Below, piece after piece: positions 8,901 through 19,017 of a stretch of 64,000 nucleotides of DNA (positions within the stretch are counted from its first letter, which is position 1; each line of letters starts with the position of its first letter). The position numbers and the translations under genes are program-made. Source of the DNA: an uncultured bacterium (GTDB taxonomy: Bacteria > Omnitrophota > Omnitrophia > Omnitrophales > Abzuiibacteriaceae); the NCBI GenBank assembly GCA_964387845.1, contig CAYLXA010000003.1, positions 32,001 to 96,000 of the forward strand, read 5' to 3'. The notes below the pieces were generated by a model. The model was not told the DNA's origin and searched no databases. It saw nothing but the letters and a program-made list of their open reading frames with translations.

Positions 8901-10745
8901 CTATTCAACGGTAACCGATTTAGCCAAATTCCGGGGCTGATCGACATCGCGGTTATTTCGGACCGAAATCTTGTAAGCCAGTAATTGCAATGGAAGCACA
9001 ACCAGCATGGACGAAAAAATTTCTTTGGTTTTTGGGATCGAAAAAACCCAATTGGACAGGCGCTCAACATTATGATCATGCTCAGTTACAATCGAAAGAA
9101 CAATACCCTGCCTGGCCTTGATTTCCTGAATGTTGCTGACCATTTTATCGTAAGTTTTGGATTCGGGCACTAGGCAAATAACCGGCTGCTCGGAATCAAT
9201 CAAAGCAATGGGCCCGTGCTTCATTTCGCCCGCAGCATAGCCGTGCGCATGGGCATACGAGATTTCTTTTAGCTTAAGAGCACCTTCAAGCGCGCTGGGA
9301 TAATTATATCCGCGGCCCAAAAATAAAAAGTTTTTCTTTTGATAAAGCTCGCCGACAGCTTGATCCAGTTCTTTTTCCTTTTTCAGGATCGCTTCTATAT
9401 GCACCGGAATCCTGGAAAGCTCCTTCAAATACTCTTTGGCTTCTTTAGGAGAAATCCGCTTCCTGATCATGCTAAGATAAACCACAAAAAGTGCGAGCGT
9501 AACAAGCTGGGCCATGTAAGCTTTTGTTGATGCAACACCGATTTCAGGGCCGGCATGGGTATAAATCACGTAATCGGCTTCGCGCGCAATCGTGCTTCCA
9601 ACCACATTGACGATTGCGAGGGTTTTAGCTTTTTTCGATTTTGCTTCCCGAAGCGCGGCAAGCGTATCGGCGGTTTCGCCCGATTGCGTAATCAAAACCA
9701 CCAAATCATCTTTATCGATGATCGGATCCGAATAACGGAATTCGCTTGAAACCTGGACTTCCACCGGCATACGCGCATATTCTTCAAACATATACCGGGC
9801 CACAAGACCTGCATGATAGGCCGTGCCGCAGCTGACAATAAAAATTTTTCTGGTCTTTTTGAAAAACTTTTTTGCGCTTTCATTGAGTAATTCAAAATGT
9901 ACTTTCCCGTTTTTAACCCGTTTTGTTAAAGTCTCTCGGACAACGCGCGGCTGCTCGTAAATCTCCTTAAGCATGTAGTGCGGGTAACCTTCTTTCTGGG
10001 CCTGCTCAACCGACCAGCGGATTTCCGTTATTTTTTTCGGAACCGAAACCCATTTTTTATTTCTGAGCTCCGAAATTTCGATCCCTTTTTTATCAAGCGT
10101 GGCAAATTGATTATCATCTAGATAAATCACTTTCCGGGTATAAGGAATGACGGCGGTGGCATCGCTGGCGACAAAATTTTCACTTTTGCCGACACCGATA
10201 ATAAGCGGATTGGAACGCCGGAACACAAATAATTTATCCGGTTCGTCGGCACTTAAAACAACCAGCGCGAAAAACCCGTGAAGGCGTTCGATCGTTTGCC
10301 GGAATGCATCGGTAAAGCTTTTTGTCTTTCTCAACTCTTCTAATAAATGCACCACAACTTCCGTATCCGTTTCGGATTCGAAGCGGTGGCCTTTTTTGAT
10401 AAGTTCTTTTTTGATTTCCTGATAATTCTCGATAATGCCGTTGTGAACCAGCGCGATCCGGCGTTTGCAATCAAAATGCGGATGCGCGTTAAAGTTGGAA
10501 GGAACGCCGTGAGTGGCCCAACGCGTATGGCCAATTCCGATAAAAGACGGCAAGTGCTGGCCGTTTAAGACCTGTTTGAGCTGGCCGAGTTTTCCTTTTT
10601 CCTTGGCGGAAAAAATGTCGGAAGTGGTTTGATTATAACAGGCTACGCCGGCCGAATCGTAGCCGCGATATTCCAATTGTTCGAGCCCTCTAATTAAAAT
10701 CGGAAGCGCTTTTTGCTCTCCGACGTAACCCACAATTCCGCACAT
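8901..10745 (-). CDS. glmS: Glutamine--fructose-6-phosphate aminotransferase
   Basis: 614 aa starting MCGIVGYVG (N-terminal nucleophile Cys); two SIS domains; ends ...PRNLAKSVTVE. Confidence 0.95.
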   Translation of the reverse strand: MCGIVGYVGEQKALPILIRGLEQLEYRGYDSAGVACYNQTTSDIFSAKEKGKLGQLKQVLNGQHLPSFIGIGHTRWATHGVPSNFNAHPHFDCKRRIALVHNGIIENYQEIKKELIKKGHRFESETDTEVVVHLLEELRKTKSFTDAFRQTIERLHGFFALVVLSADEPDKLFVFRRSNPLIIGVGKSENFVASDATAVIPYTRKVIYLDDNQFATLDKKGIEISELRNKKWVSVPKKITEIRWSVEQAQKEGYPHYMLKEIYEQPRVVRETLTKRVKNGKVHFELLNESAKKFFKKTRKIFIVSCGTAYHAGLVARYMFEEYARMPVEVQVSSEFRYSDPIIDKDDLVVLITQSGETADTLAALREAKSKKAKTLAIVNVVGSTIAREADYVIYTHAGPEIGVASTKAYMAQLVTLALFVVYLSMIRKRISPKEAKEYLKELSRIPVHIEAILKKEKELDQAVGELYQKKNFLFLGRGYNYPSALEGALKLKEISYAHAHGYAAGEMKHGPIALIDSEQPVICLVPESKTYDKMVSNIQEIKARQGIVLSIVTEHDHNVERLSNWVFSIPKTKEIFSSMLVVLPLQLLAYKISVRNNRDVDQPRNLAKSVTVE

Positions 10746-10833
10746 TCAGACATGTCTCCTGTAAGCTTTGTATTTTAACAAGTCTCTTTATCTGAAGAAA
10801 GATTTTTTATTCGGCGGATGATTATGGTAATAT

Positions 10834-11499
10834 TTGAGTCCTAAACTACATTTGGCTATGAAAAATAGACGCAAGCAAATTTTAATCGATAAATCCCTCC
10901 AATTTCGCTACAGTTTTTATATCGGAATAACACTTTTCCTGGTTTGCAGCATATCCGCGATAGGCCTCTATTTCGGCATTTGGAGCTCGGTCATTCGATC
11001 CTTCTCGGATGAGAAAATCCGCGCAACCCTTGAAACCGCAGCGCGGCTTGAGGAATATGAGGCCGCACGCACGCCGGAAATTTCACATGCAATGCCCGCA
11101 AGCTTAAAATTTTTTAAAGAAGTTTCTCTTTTAAGCCTGCGTCAGCGTGAAATTGTCAAAGAAATTCTGGAAAAAGCAAACCGCGAGCTCTTCTGGCCGA
11201 TCGTTCTTCTGATTGTCAGCATCGGTGCAGGCAGTATCTATCTAAGCCATAAAATCGCCGGCCCATTTTACCGGTTCCGCAAGTCGTTCGAAGAAATTGA
11301 AGACGGAAACCTAAAAATCCGTATTCATCTCAGAAAATTCGACGAAGGCAAAAAAACGGCTGATGAATTCAACAAAATGGCGCTTTCGCTGGACCAATCC
11401 GTTTCTCAATTAAAACAACTCGCACGCGAAAGTGACGAAAGAGAACTTAAATCAAAATTAACGCGAGAGCTTTCCAAATTTCGAACCAGCAGGCAATAA
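10834..11499 (+). CDS. Membrane protein with HAMP-like domain
   Basis: 221 aa; two TM segments; SHKIAGPFYRFRKSFEEIEDGNLKIRI resembles HAMP helix-1/connector. Confidence 0.4.
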   Translation: MSPKLHLAMKNRRKQILIDKSLQFRYSFYIGITLFLVCSISAIGLYFGIWSSVIRSFSDEKIRATLETAARLEEYEAARTPEISHAMPASLKFFKEVSLLSLRQREIVKEILEKANRELFWPIVLLIVSIGAGSIYLSHKIAGPFYRFRKSFEEIEDGNLKIRIHLRKFDEGKKTADEFNKMALSLDQSVSQLKQLARESDERELKSKLTRELSKFRTSRQ

Positions 11500-11512
11500 T
11501 TCCGTCTTCATC

Positions 11513-12784
11513 TTGAAACGCTTCATCACCTCGACTGCATGTGTACTGATTTTTAGCCTCATCGTTTATATTCCTTGCGGTATTTCTGAAGAAATCAACC
11601 TTTCGCCCGAAGAGCAGGAATTTTTGGCCAAAGTTCAGTCTGATAGTTTTCTGTATTTTCAGACATTTGCGAATGACGAAACCGGATTGATTCACGATTC
11701 TTCCTCTTTCCACTCACCTGCTTCTATCGCAGCAACCGGCTTCGCACTGGCCATTTATGGAATCGCACAAACGCGCGGCTGGATGGGATACCGGGAAAGC
11801 TATCAAGCGATCCAAAAAATTTTTGATACCCTGGAAAAACGCGCCGCGCATAAAAACGGGTTTTATTATCACTTTTTAGATCCAAAAACCGGAAGGCGGA
11901 CCTGGGGTTCGGAAGCATCTTCCATTGATACAGCTCTTTTGATGGCCGGCGTCCTCTTAGCCGGAGAGTATTTTAAGGGGACCGATCTTTATACACGCTC
12001 TCTTAAAATTTACGAAAAAGTCGATTGGGCGTGGATGCTGAACGGAAGCCGAATGTTGTCGCATGGATGGAAACCGGAGAGCGGGTTTTTGCCGCACTAT
12101 TGGGATATGTATTCCGAACATTTGATCCTCCAAGCGCTTGCGTTGGGATCGCCGACCTATCCGATTCCGGCAGAAGCCTGGAACGGTTGGGACCGCCTGG
12201 AGGATGAGTACAACGGCCGGAAAATCGTTTACGCATTCTCGGGAAGCTTATTTACTTACCAATTCTCACACGCATTCATTGATTTTCGTGATTTGGATGA
12301 CCGCGGGATCAATTATTTTGAAAACTCAAAGGAAGCAACGTTGTCCAATAAAGAATTCTGCCTTGAATATAAAACCGAATTTCCGTCTTACTCGGAAAAT
12401 ATCTGGGGCCTCTCTGCCTCGCTGGGCCCTTCGGGTTATAAAGCTTACGGCGCAAAACCGGGCCTTGCGGAACACGATGGGACCGTTGCTCCGTACGCGA
12501 TTGCCTCATCTCTTGTTTTTACGCCGCGCGATTCCTTGGACGCTTTGGTTTATATTTACAAGAATCACAAAAGCGAAGCATATGGTACTTACGGATTTAA
12601 AGATGCTTTTAATTTGGATAAAAATTGGTCTGCGGGAGAATACCTCGGAATCGATCAAGGCATCACAATCTTAATGATCGAAAATTTTCTTAACAACGGC
12701 GCAATTTGGAAACGGTTTATGAAATTACCGGCAGTTCAAAAGTGGATTCAAATCTGTGGGCTTGCCAATCAAAGCGCTGCTTAA
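11513..12784 (+). CDS. Secreted (alpha/alpha)6-barrel glycoside-hydrolase-like protein
   Basis: 423 aa; signal peptide; aromatic/acidic-rich motifs (GFYYHFLDPKTGRRTWGSEASSIDTALLMAGVLLAGEYF) reminiscent of six-hairpin glycosidases; family not determined. Confidence 0.4.
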   Translation: MKRFITSTACVLIFSLIVYIPCGISEEINLSPEEQEFLAKVQSDSFLYFQTFANDETGLIHDSSSFHSPASIAATGFALAIYGIAQTRGWMGYRESYQAIQKIFDTLEKRAAHKNGFYYHFLDPKTGRRTWGSEASSIDTALLMAGVLLAGEYFKGTDLYTRSLKIYEKVDWAWMLNGSRMLSHGWKPESGFLPHYWDMYSEHLILQALALGSPTYPIPAEAWNGWDRLEDEYNGRKIVYAFSGSLFTYQFSHAFIDFRDLDDRGINYFENSKEATLSNKEFCLEYKTEFPSYSENIWGLSASLGPSGYKAYGAKPGLAEHDGTVAPYAIASSLVFTPRDSLDALVYIYKNHKSEAYGTYGFKDAFNLDKNWSAGEYLGIDQGITILMIENFLNNGAIWKRFMKLPAVQKWIQICGLANQSAA

Positions 12785-13039
12785 TTACTCTCTGCCGAGA
12801 AATTTTGCGGCAATTCTTTCGGCCGTTTCCTGAATTGCTTCCTTCGTCAGGAAAGTACCTTTCCGGATAGATTCTTTTAATTCGCGGATTCTGCCAAAAT
12901 TGGGATCGGGGATGTCCTGCAGCAGTCTCTTGTACTTCTCGATTTCCTGATTAATGTTGCGCTCTTCTTCTTTTTTCATACGTAGCCTTAATTCCAAATT
13001 CGACTCATTTTGGGGAAGAGCGTAGTTTGATTTCTCCAT
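12785..13039 (-). CDS. FlgM-like anti-sigma-28 factor
   Basis: 84 aa; C-terminal RIRELKESIRKGTFLTKEAIQETAERIAAKFL resembles FlgM C-terminal sigma-binding helix; lies downstream of fliA-like gene. Confidence 0.5.
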   Translation of the reverse strand: MEKSNYALPQNESNLELRLRMKKEEERNINQEIEKYKRLLQDIPDPNFGRIRELKESIRKGTFLTKEAIQETAERIAAKFLGRE

Positions 13040-13240
13040 GGTTATATCCTTTCAAAACCATTTACTTACTTCTAAAGAGAGTATCGGCTCAAGAATGGAA
13101 AACTTTAAAATTGAGAAAGCCAAGGAGAAAAAGGAAGAATTTTTGAAGTTTTTAACGCTGGATTAAACACTCCTTCATATCAAATCTTGCTTCTATAAAT
13201 GCTTTTAAAATAATCGTTTACAGCAATTTCACCTACTACA

Positions 13241-14023
13241 TTAGGCCTCCAGCGCAATTTCGCCGGTCCGCTTCATCAAATGGCCCCGGAGACGCGAAAT
13301 GACCTTCGTGTGAATCTGGCAAATGCGTGATTCGGAAACGTTCAGCACATCGCCGATTTCCCGTAGAGTCAGATTTTCAAAATAATAGAGAACGACTACT
13401 AATTTTTCTTTCTCCGGCAAACCTTCGATTGCCTTCGACAGAATTTCCTTAATTTCGCCCTGATGAACCGCGCTGAATTGATTCATCATGATCGGGTCTT
13501 CAACGGTTTGAAGCCGCGAAATCGGCTTGTTGCCGTCGTCGTTCTGCCATACTTCATCCAAAGACAAGAAAGAAGTGGAATTTAATTCGCTGTAAATTTC
13601 GTTGAGGTTGCCGACGCTGATTTTGAGAGATTCCGCCAGCTCATGATCAGTCGCAACACGCCCCAAACGCTCTTCCAGTTCCTTGGTTTTCCGGTCAATT
13701 TCGCGCGCACGTTTCCGCAAAAGCCGCGGCGCCCAATCAAGCTTCCGAAGCTCATCCATAATCGAACCGCGGATTCTCGTCACCGCATAGGTTTCGAACT
13801 TATTGCCCTGATTCACGTCATATTTTTCGATCGCATCAAATAATCCCAAAATGCCGTAGCTTACGAGATCGTTAAATTCGACGTTGGGCGGCAGCCCGAT
13901 GGAAACCCTTCCGGCAACATACTTCACCAAGTACAAATATTTCTTCACAATTTCTTCGTGAATCACCTTACTTTTCGTCTTTTTATACTTACGCCACAAC
14001 TTCACATCATTCTCATTCATCAT
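13241..14023 (-). CDS. fliA: Sigma-70 family sigma factor, FliA/WhiG (sigma-28) type
   Basis: 260 aa; region 2 (DLVSYGILGLFDAIEKYD), region 4 HTH (LTLREIGDVLNVSESRICQIHTKVISRLR). Confidence 0.85.
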   Translation of the reverse strand: MMNENDVKLWRKYKKTKSKVIHEEIVKKYLYLVKYVAGRVSIGLPPNVEFNDLVSYGILGLFDAIEKYDVNQGNKFETYAVTRIRGSIMDELRKLDWAPRLLRKRAREIDRKTKELEERLGRVATDHELAESLKISVGNLNEIYSELNSTSFLSLDEVWQNDDGNKPISRLQTVEDPIMMNQFSAVHQGEIKEILSKAIEGLPEKEKLVVVLYYFENLTLREIGDVLNVSESRICQIHTKVISRLRGHLMKRTGEIALEA

Positions 14024-14078
14024 GAACCCCCCTTTCTGAGGTGAAAGATATCCATTTAAAAATGAAGCCTGTCATTTT

Positions 14079-14312
14079 TTATTTTTCCTGTTCTAAAATT
14101 TTTTTGATTTGAAGTAATGTGTAATTTTTTTCCTGCAGAGTCTTGATGTTGGCGATCCGGTCAAAAACGGTTTCATCGTAGAGCCGGTGGCCGGAAACCG
14201 TTCTGCGGGCTTCCGAAATAAGGCCTGCTAGTGTGTAATTATGAATCGTCTGGCGCGACAAACCTGTGTATTCCATCACTTCTCCGATCTTAAACAGTTT
14301 TTCTCTCTTCAT
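14079..14312 (-). CDS. MerR-family HTH transcriptional regulator
   Basis: 77 aa; FKIGEVMEYTGLSRQTIHNYTLAGLI...GHRLYDETVFDRI. Confidence 0.8.
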   Translation of the reverse strand: MKREKLFKIGEVMEYTGLSRQTIHNYTLAGLISEARRTVSGHRLYDETVFDRIANIKTLQEKNYTLLQIKKILEQEK

Positions 14313-14823
14313 TGATCCTGCCGCTCTGGCCGGCTTCCAGTTGATTGAGCAGTTTTTGCGCTTCTTTATGAAATGGATCCAGTAAAAGGATCTTCTGCAA
14401 AGAGAGGCGGGCTTGACTGATTTTTTCCTGCTGGAGATAATTTTTCACATCTACCATATATTGGTGAATCCGGCCTTGAATTTCGCTGTCGTAAACTGCC
14501 CCGACCACACCTGCTTCGCTCTTACTCTCTTTCCCGATTTGTTTTTTGAGTAAATCTATTTTGGCTGAAGCACGTACATTTTCAGGATCTAATGTGAACA
14601 CATGCTCATAAGCTTCGAGAGAACGGGCGTAATCCTTCGCATCCATGAGTTGATCACCCAGCATGAGAAGGTCCTTCACCTGACGATTTTTTTCTTCCCT
14701 TGAAAATTCGGCTTCGATTTCGCGAATCTTTTCGGGATTGGCTTTGAGTGTTGTTGGAAACAAGATTTGAAAGGACACTATTGAGAAGAAAGTTAGAATC
14801 GCACATCCGATCGAACGAGTCAT
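14290..14823 (-). CDS. Secreted TPR-repeat protein
   Basis: 177 aa; signal peptide; TPR-like repeats (ARSLEAYEHVFTLDPENVRA). Confidence 0.5.
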   Translation of the reverse strand: MTRSIGCAILTFFSIVSFQILFPTTLKANPEKIREIEAEFSREEKNRQVKDLLMLGDQLMDAKDYARSLEAYEHVFTLDPENVRASAKIDLLKKQIGKESKSEAGVVGAVYDSEIQGRIHQYMVDVKNYLQQEKISQARLSLQKILLLDPFHKEAQKLLNQLEAGQSGRINEERKTV

Positions 14824-15016
14824 TTTCGATTTTCATATCTCGATTCGTTATGGTTTACAATATGTACTTTACATTTTGTAAATTACAAATCGTAATCTAT
14901 AAGGTGATTCGGAGAGAGTCAAGGATTATTTAGGTGTTTTTTACGGCTGTCTGAAGATTTCTGATGGGCTACTAATAGAAGTATGGGTCAGATAAAACTA
15001 CACCATATATGGTGGT

Positions 15017-16030
15017 CTATTTGGTGCTTTTTGACTCTTCAAAGACACCGATGGATCGAAACTTTTCGTATCGCTTACTGATTAATTCCTTTTTTGACAA
15101 CTTCTCAAAAGATTTTAATGCGCTTGCAATTGCTTCATCAAATGCTTTTGCGGTTGCTTCAAAATCTCTATGCGCACCGCCCAGCGGCTCTTTAACGATC
15201 TTATCGATCACACCCAATTCCAACAAGTCTTTTGCCGTGAGCTTCAATGCTTCGGCTGCATCCGGTGATTTTGCGCTATCGCGCCACAAAATTGCGGCGC
15301 ATCCTTCGGGCGAAATGACAGAATAGTATGCATTCTCGAGCATGAGAACAATGTCACCAACGCCGATCCCGAGCGCGCCTCCCGAGCCGCCTTCCCCGAT
15401 GACCGTCACAATAATAGGAACTGCAATATCCGCCATTTCCTTCAAATTATACGCAATCGCTTCAGCCTGGCCGCGTTCTTCCGCTCCGATTCCGGGATAA
15501 GCGCCGGGCGTATCGATAAACGTGATGATGGGCATATCAAATCTTTCGGCAAGCCGCATGACACGGATTGCCTTACGATAACCTTCCGGATGAGCGCTGC
15601 CGAAACTGCGCATTAAATTCTCTTTTGTATCGCGCCCTTTTTGGTGGCCGATCACACAAACGCTTTGGCCATGAAAGAACCCGAAGCCGGTAATAAGCGC
15701 GCGGTCATCGCTGAAATGCCGGTCGCCGTGAAGTTCCGTAAAATCTTGAATAAAATAATGAATATAATCAAGTGTATACGGCCTGAGCGGATGACGAGCT
15801 ACTTGGACGCGTTGCCAAGCTGTGAGGCTCGAAAAAGTTTTTTGAATCATTGACTGAAGCTTTTTTTCGGCACTTTTAATTTCCGATTCCAAATCAACGC
15901 CTTGCTTGGATTTCATATCCTGAATCATTTTCTCAAGCTCGACGATGGGCTTTTCAAACGGAAGATAAGTGTCAGCCAACGATTTTCCGGGTACTTTTAT
16001 TTTGTTCTTTTTAACCATTACATTCCTCAA
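15017..16030 (-). CDS. accA: Acetyl-CoA carboxylase carboxyltransferase alpha subunit
   Basis: 337 aa; conserved AccA core ([34 protein letters not shown]). Confidence 0.9.
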   Translation of the reverse strand: MRNVMVKKNKIKVPGKSLADTYLPFEKPIVELEKMIQDMKSKQGVDLESEIKSAEKKLQSMIQKTFSSLTAWQRVQVARHPLRPYTLDYIHYFIQDFTELHGDRHFSDDRALITGFGFFHGQSVCVIGHQKGRDTKENLMRSFGSAHPEGYRKAIRVMRLAERFDMPIITFIDTPGAYPGIGAEERGQAEAIAYNLKEMADIAVPIIVTVIGEGGSGGALGIGVGDIVLMLENAYYSVISPEGCAAILWRDSAKSPDAAEALKLTAKDLLELGVIDKIVKEPLGGAHRDFEATAKAFDEAIASALKSFEKLSKKELISKRYEKFRSIGVFEESKSTK

Positions 16031-16827
16031 TCCTGAACTTTTACAACTGTACCGGGCGTGACAATGTCGTACAGCTCTTCAACTTCTTTGTTGTGCATCC
16101 TGACGCAGCCGGCCGATGCTTGAGTTCCGATCGTTTCCGGCTCGGTAGTCCCATGAATTCCATATCCCTTCAACGAGTATCCGATCCATCGCGTGCCAAT
16201 AATATTTTCAGGGCTGCCGGGTTCCACAATAGCACCGGCTGTATACCATGTCGGATTTTCGAGCTTATCCGTCACTTTAAATTCCCCAACCGGAGTTGAA
16301 TTGTCTTTGCCGGTGGCAACCGAATAGGTTTTGTAGGGCTGCCCGTTTAATAGAAGCTGGAGCGTATTATCTGACTTATCAACCAAGATCGAATATTTTC
16401 CTCTTGGGATTTTTAGGGTCATGCCGACTTTGATTAAGTCGCTGGTTAAATTGTTGGCTTTTTTCAAATTTGCGACTGTGACATCATTCTTTTTCGCAAT
16501 TACATAAAGGCTATCGCCCTTAACCACCGTATAAGTAATGTCTTCAGGGATCGGTTCTTCATCGATCGCTGCAGGTTCTGACTCATCCGACAAAGAAGGA
16601 TCGGCATAAGGATCGTCATACATGTCTTCCGTTGCCGGGTCTTGAGCGTCATCCACCAAATCCTTGACTTCATTCGAAACCGGAACTTCTTCGCCGTATA
16701 AATTTCCTAGAAAAAACATTGAGCAAGAAAAAACAACCGTAAAAATACAAAACAAAACTTTCGACTTCATCAAGTGACTGACCATGGATTTCCTTTCACG
16801 AAGTTGACTAAGGTTTACCACATGCAA
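16027..16827 (-). CDS. L,D-transpeptidase (YkuD) with LysM domain
   Basis: 266 aa; LysM ([28 protein letters not shown]); catalytic HGT...SAGCVRM motif. Confidence 0.8.
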   Translation of the reverse strand: MHVVNLSQLRERKSMVSHLMKSKVLFCIFTVVFSCSMFFLGNLYGEEVPVSNEVKDLVDDAQDPATEDMYDDPYADPSLSDESEPAAIDEEPIPEDITYTVVKGDSLYVIAKKNDVTVANLKKANNLTSDLIKVGMTLKIPRGKYSILVDKSDNTLQLLLNGQPYKTYSVATGKDNSTPVGEFKVTDKLENPTWYTAGAIVEPGSPENIIGTRWIGYSLKGYGIHGTTEPETIGTQASAGCVRMHNKEVEELYDIVTPGTVVKVQD

Positions 16828-17300
16828 ATAACATAAGAAATAAAAATACCTAAAAACGCGCCGGCAAAAACTTCGATTGGCGTATGCCCTAGAAGTTCTT
16901 TGAGCCGCTTTTCACCGATCTGGCCATGTTCATACAAATCATCCGTCATTTTATTGAGCACAACCGCTTGCTTGCCAACAAGCCGCCTGACGCCCGCAGC
17001 ATCAAACATCGTGACAACCGCAAACGAAAGCGCCATCAAAAATAAAATTGATCCAAACCCGTAATAAAGTCCGGTCACAGTCGCAACCGATGCCACGCCC
17101 GCCGAATGTGAGCTCGGCATGCCGCCGGTATCAAGAAGCCACTTCAAGTTTAAGCGGCGCCTTTTAATCGCAAGCCTCAACACCTTAAGTGACTGAGCCA
17201 AACACCAAGCACAAGCCACGCCCAAGAGAGCACGCCATTCCGGAAATGGTGGATCTATGATGGGGGTCAGAGACATAGACAGCAATAAATATATTGACAA
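16815..17300 (-). CDS. Divergent PAP2-family membrane protein
   Basis: 161 aa; GGMPSSHSAGVASVAT motif typical of divergent PAP2/DUF212. Confidence 0.7.
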   Translation of the reverse strand: MSIYLLLSMSLTPIIDPPFPEWRALLGVACAWCLAQSLKVLRLAIKRRRLNLKWLLDTGGMPSSHSAGVASVATVTGLYYGFGSILFLMALSFAVVTMFDAAGVRRLVGKQAVVLNKMTDDLYEHGQIGEKRLKELLGHTPIEVFAGAFLGIFISYVICMW

Positions 17301-17486
17301 AAATGCATATTTATGTTAAATATAAACAATATCTTTCAAAGCCGCCTTAAGAGTTGAGGAATTATACTAGTATAGCTTCAGCCAAAAGGCAAGCACTTGT
17401 CATTGCCTGAAAAAGCTTTGAATCCTCCCGCGCTTCCTCCATAAATGATTGAAATTAAATAACTTACATCAATAGGAGGAATCTCT

Positions 17487-19016
17487 ATGATCGCAAAAGT
17501 CTATAGCGCTTCGTGCTTTGGTATTGATGCACGCGCTGTTGAAATTGAAGTCGACGTCTCGGGTGGGCTGCCTCAAACCACCATCGTCGGCTTGCCGGAT
17601 CAGGCAGTCAAAGAAAGCAAGGAGCGTGTGAAATCGGCTATCAAAAATAGCGGATTTCCCTTTTCGCCCAAGAAGTTGACCATTAACTTGGCGCCTGCGG
17701 ATTTAAAAAAGGAAGGGCCGTCGTTCGACCTTGCAATCGCCTTAGGCATTTTGATCTCGGAAGGCCAGCTAAATCCGGAATCGATCGGGCAATTTCTATT
17801 CCTGGGTGAACTGGCGCTGGACGGAACAATGCGGAAAGTGAAAGGAGCGCTTCCGGCCGCTCAACTTGCGAAGAAAATGAAGCGTACATTAATTGTGCCT
17901 TCACAAAATGCCGAAGAAGCAGCCATTGAGCCGGATGTGGTTGTTTTGCACGCTCAATCCTTAAAACAGGTTGTCAGTTATCTCAACTCCGAAACCAATT
18001 TGCCGAGAGCAGCCTTCAACGGAAATTTTGACGAGCTTCATTTCTCTGCGTTGAGGTTTGATTTTTCGGAAGTGCGCGGCCAATGGCATGCCAAACGCGC
18101 CATTGAAGTTGCAGTCGCTGGCGGCCACAATATTCTGATGATCGGCCCGCCGGGCGCCGGAAAAACCATGCTCGCGCGCCGGATTCCGGGCATTCTGCCG
18201 CCACTCAGGCGAGAAGAAGCCATTGAGATTTCGAAAATCTACAGCGCCGCCGGCCTGTTTCAGGATGGGAGCGTCACTTTGATGAAACGCCCGTTTCGAT
18301 CACCACATCACACGATTTCTCAAATCGGCCTCGCGGGCGGCGGCAGCTTCCCGAGGCCGGGCGAAATTTCACTCGCACATGGCGGTGTTTTATTCTTGGA
18401 TGAATTTCCGGAATTCCACCGGGACGTGATTGAAGCGCTCAGAAGCCCGCTCGAGGAAGGGTCGATTTTGATATCACGTGCGCGGCAAAATTTGGAATTT
18501 CCGGCAAGATTTCTGCTTGTTTGTGCGATGAACCCATGCCCGTGCGGATATTTGACGAGCCGCAAGCAAGCGTGCCGTTGCAGCATTATTCAGATTCAGA
18601 AATACCTCAATAAAATTTCGGGCCCTATTTTCGACCGCATCGATATTCATCTTGAAATCCCGCAGATTGAATACAAGGATTTGGCCGGAACCGAAACTTC
18701 GGAGAGTTCCTCAGAAATCAGGAAACGGATTATGGGAGCCAGAAAAATTCAGCTCGCAAGATTCTCCGAATTTCGATTTTCGGTTAATGCCGAAATGAAT
18801 CCTCGTGAGATCAAAAAATTCTGCAAGCTTTCAAAGCAATCGGAATCTCTTTTGGAGCGTGCCATGAAGGAGCTGGAATTCAGTGCGCGTGGTTACCATA
18901 AAATTATAAAACTTGGGCGAACCATTGCAGACTTGGCTGGGTCGGAAACGATTGAGCCGGAATTTATTGCGGAAGCACTGCAATACCGTTCTCTTGACCG
19001 TAATTATTTCGGTTAG
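17487..19016 (+). CDS. comM: YifB/ComM-family Mg-chelatase-like AAA+ ATPase
   Basis: 509 aa; Walker A MIGPPGAGKTMLARRIPGILPPL; N-terminal Lon-like and C-terminal ChlI-like regions. Confidence 0.9.
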   Translation: MIAKVYSASCFGIDARAVEIEVDVSGGLPQTTIVGLPDQAVKESKERVKSAIKNSGFPFSPKKLTINLAPADLKKEGPSFDLAIALGILISEGQLNPESIGQFLFLGELALDGTMRKVKGALPAAQLAKKMKRTLIVPSQNAEEAAIEPDVVVLHAQSLKQVVSYLNSETNLPRAAFNGNFDELHFSALRFDFSEVRGQWHAKRAIEVAVAGGHNILMIGPPGAGKTMLARRIPGILPPLRREEAIEISKIYSAAGLFQDGSVTLMKRPFRSPHHTISQIGLAGGGSFPRPGEISLAHGGVLFLDEFPEFHRDVIEALRSPLEEGSILISRARQNLEFPARFLLVCAMNPCPCGYLTSRKQACRCSIIQIQKYLNKISGPIFDRIDIHLEIPQIEYKDLAGTETSESSSEIRKRIMGARKIQLARFSEFRFSVNAEMNPREIKKFCKLSKQSESLLERAMKELEFSARGYHKIIKLGRTIADLAGSETIEPEFIAEALQYRSLDRNYFG

Positions 19017-19017
19017 T

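Noticed and set aside
13040-13240. Short 23-aa ORF (MENFKIEKAKEKKEEFLKFLTLD) in the fliA-flgM spacer
   Set aside because: It is too short and low-complexity, with no convincing RBS. The spacer is more likely a promoter region.
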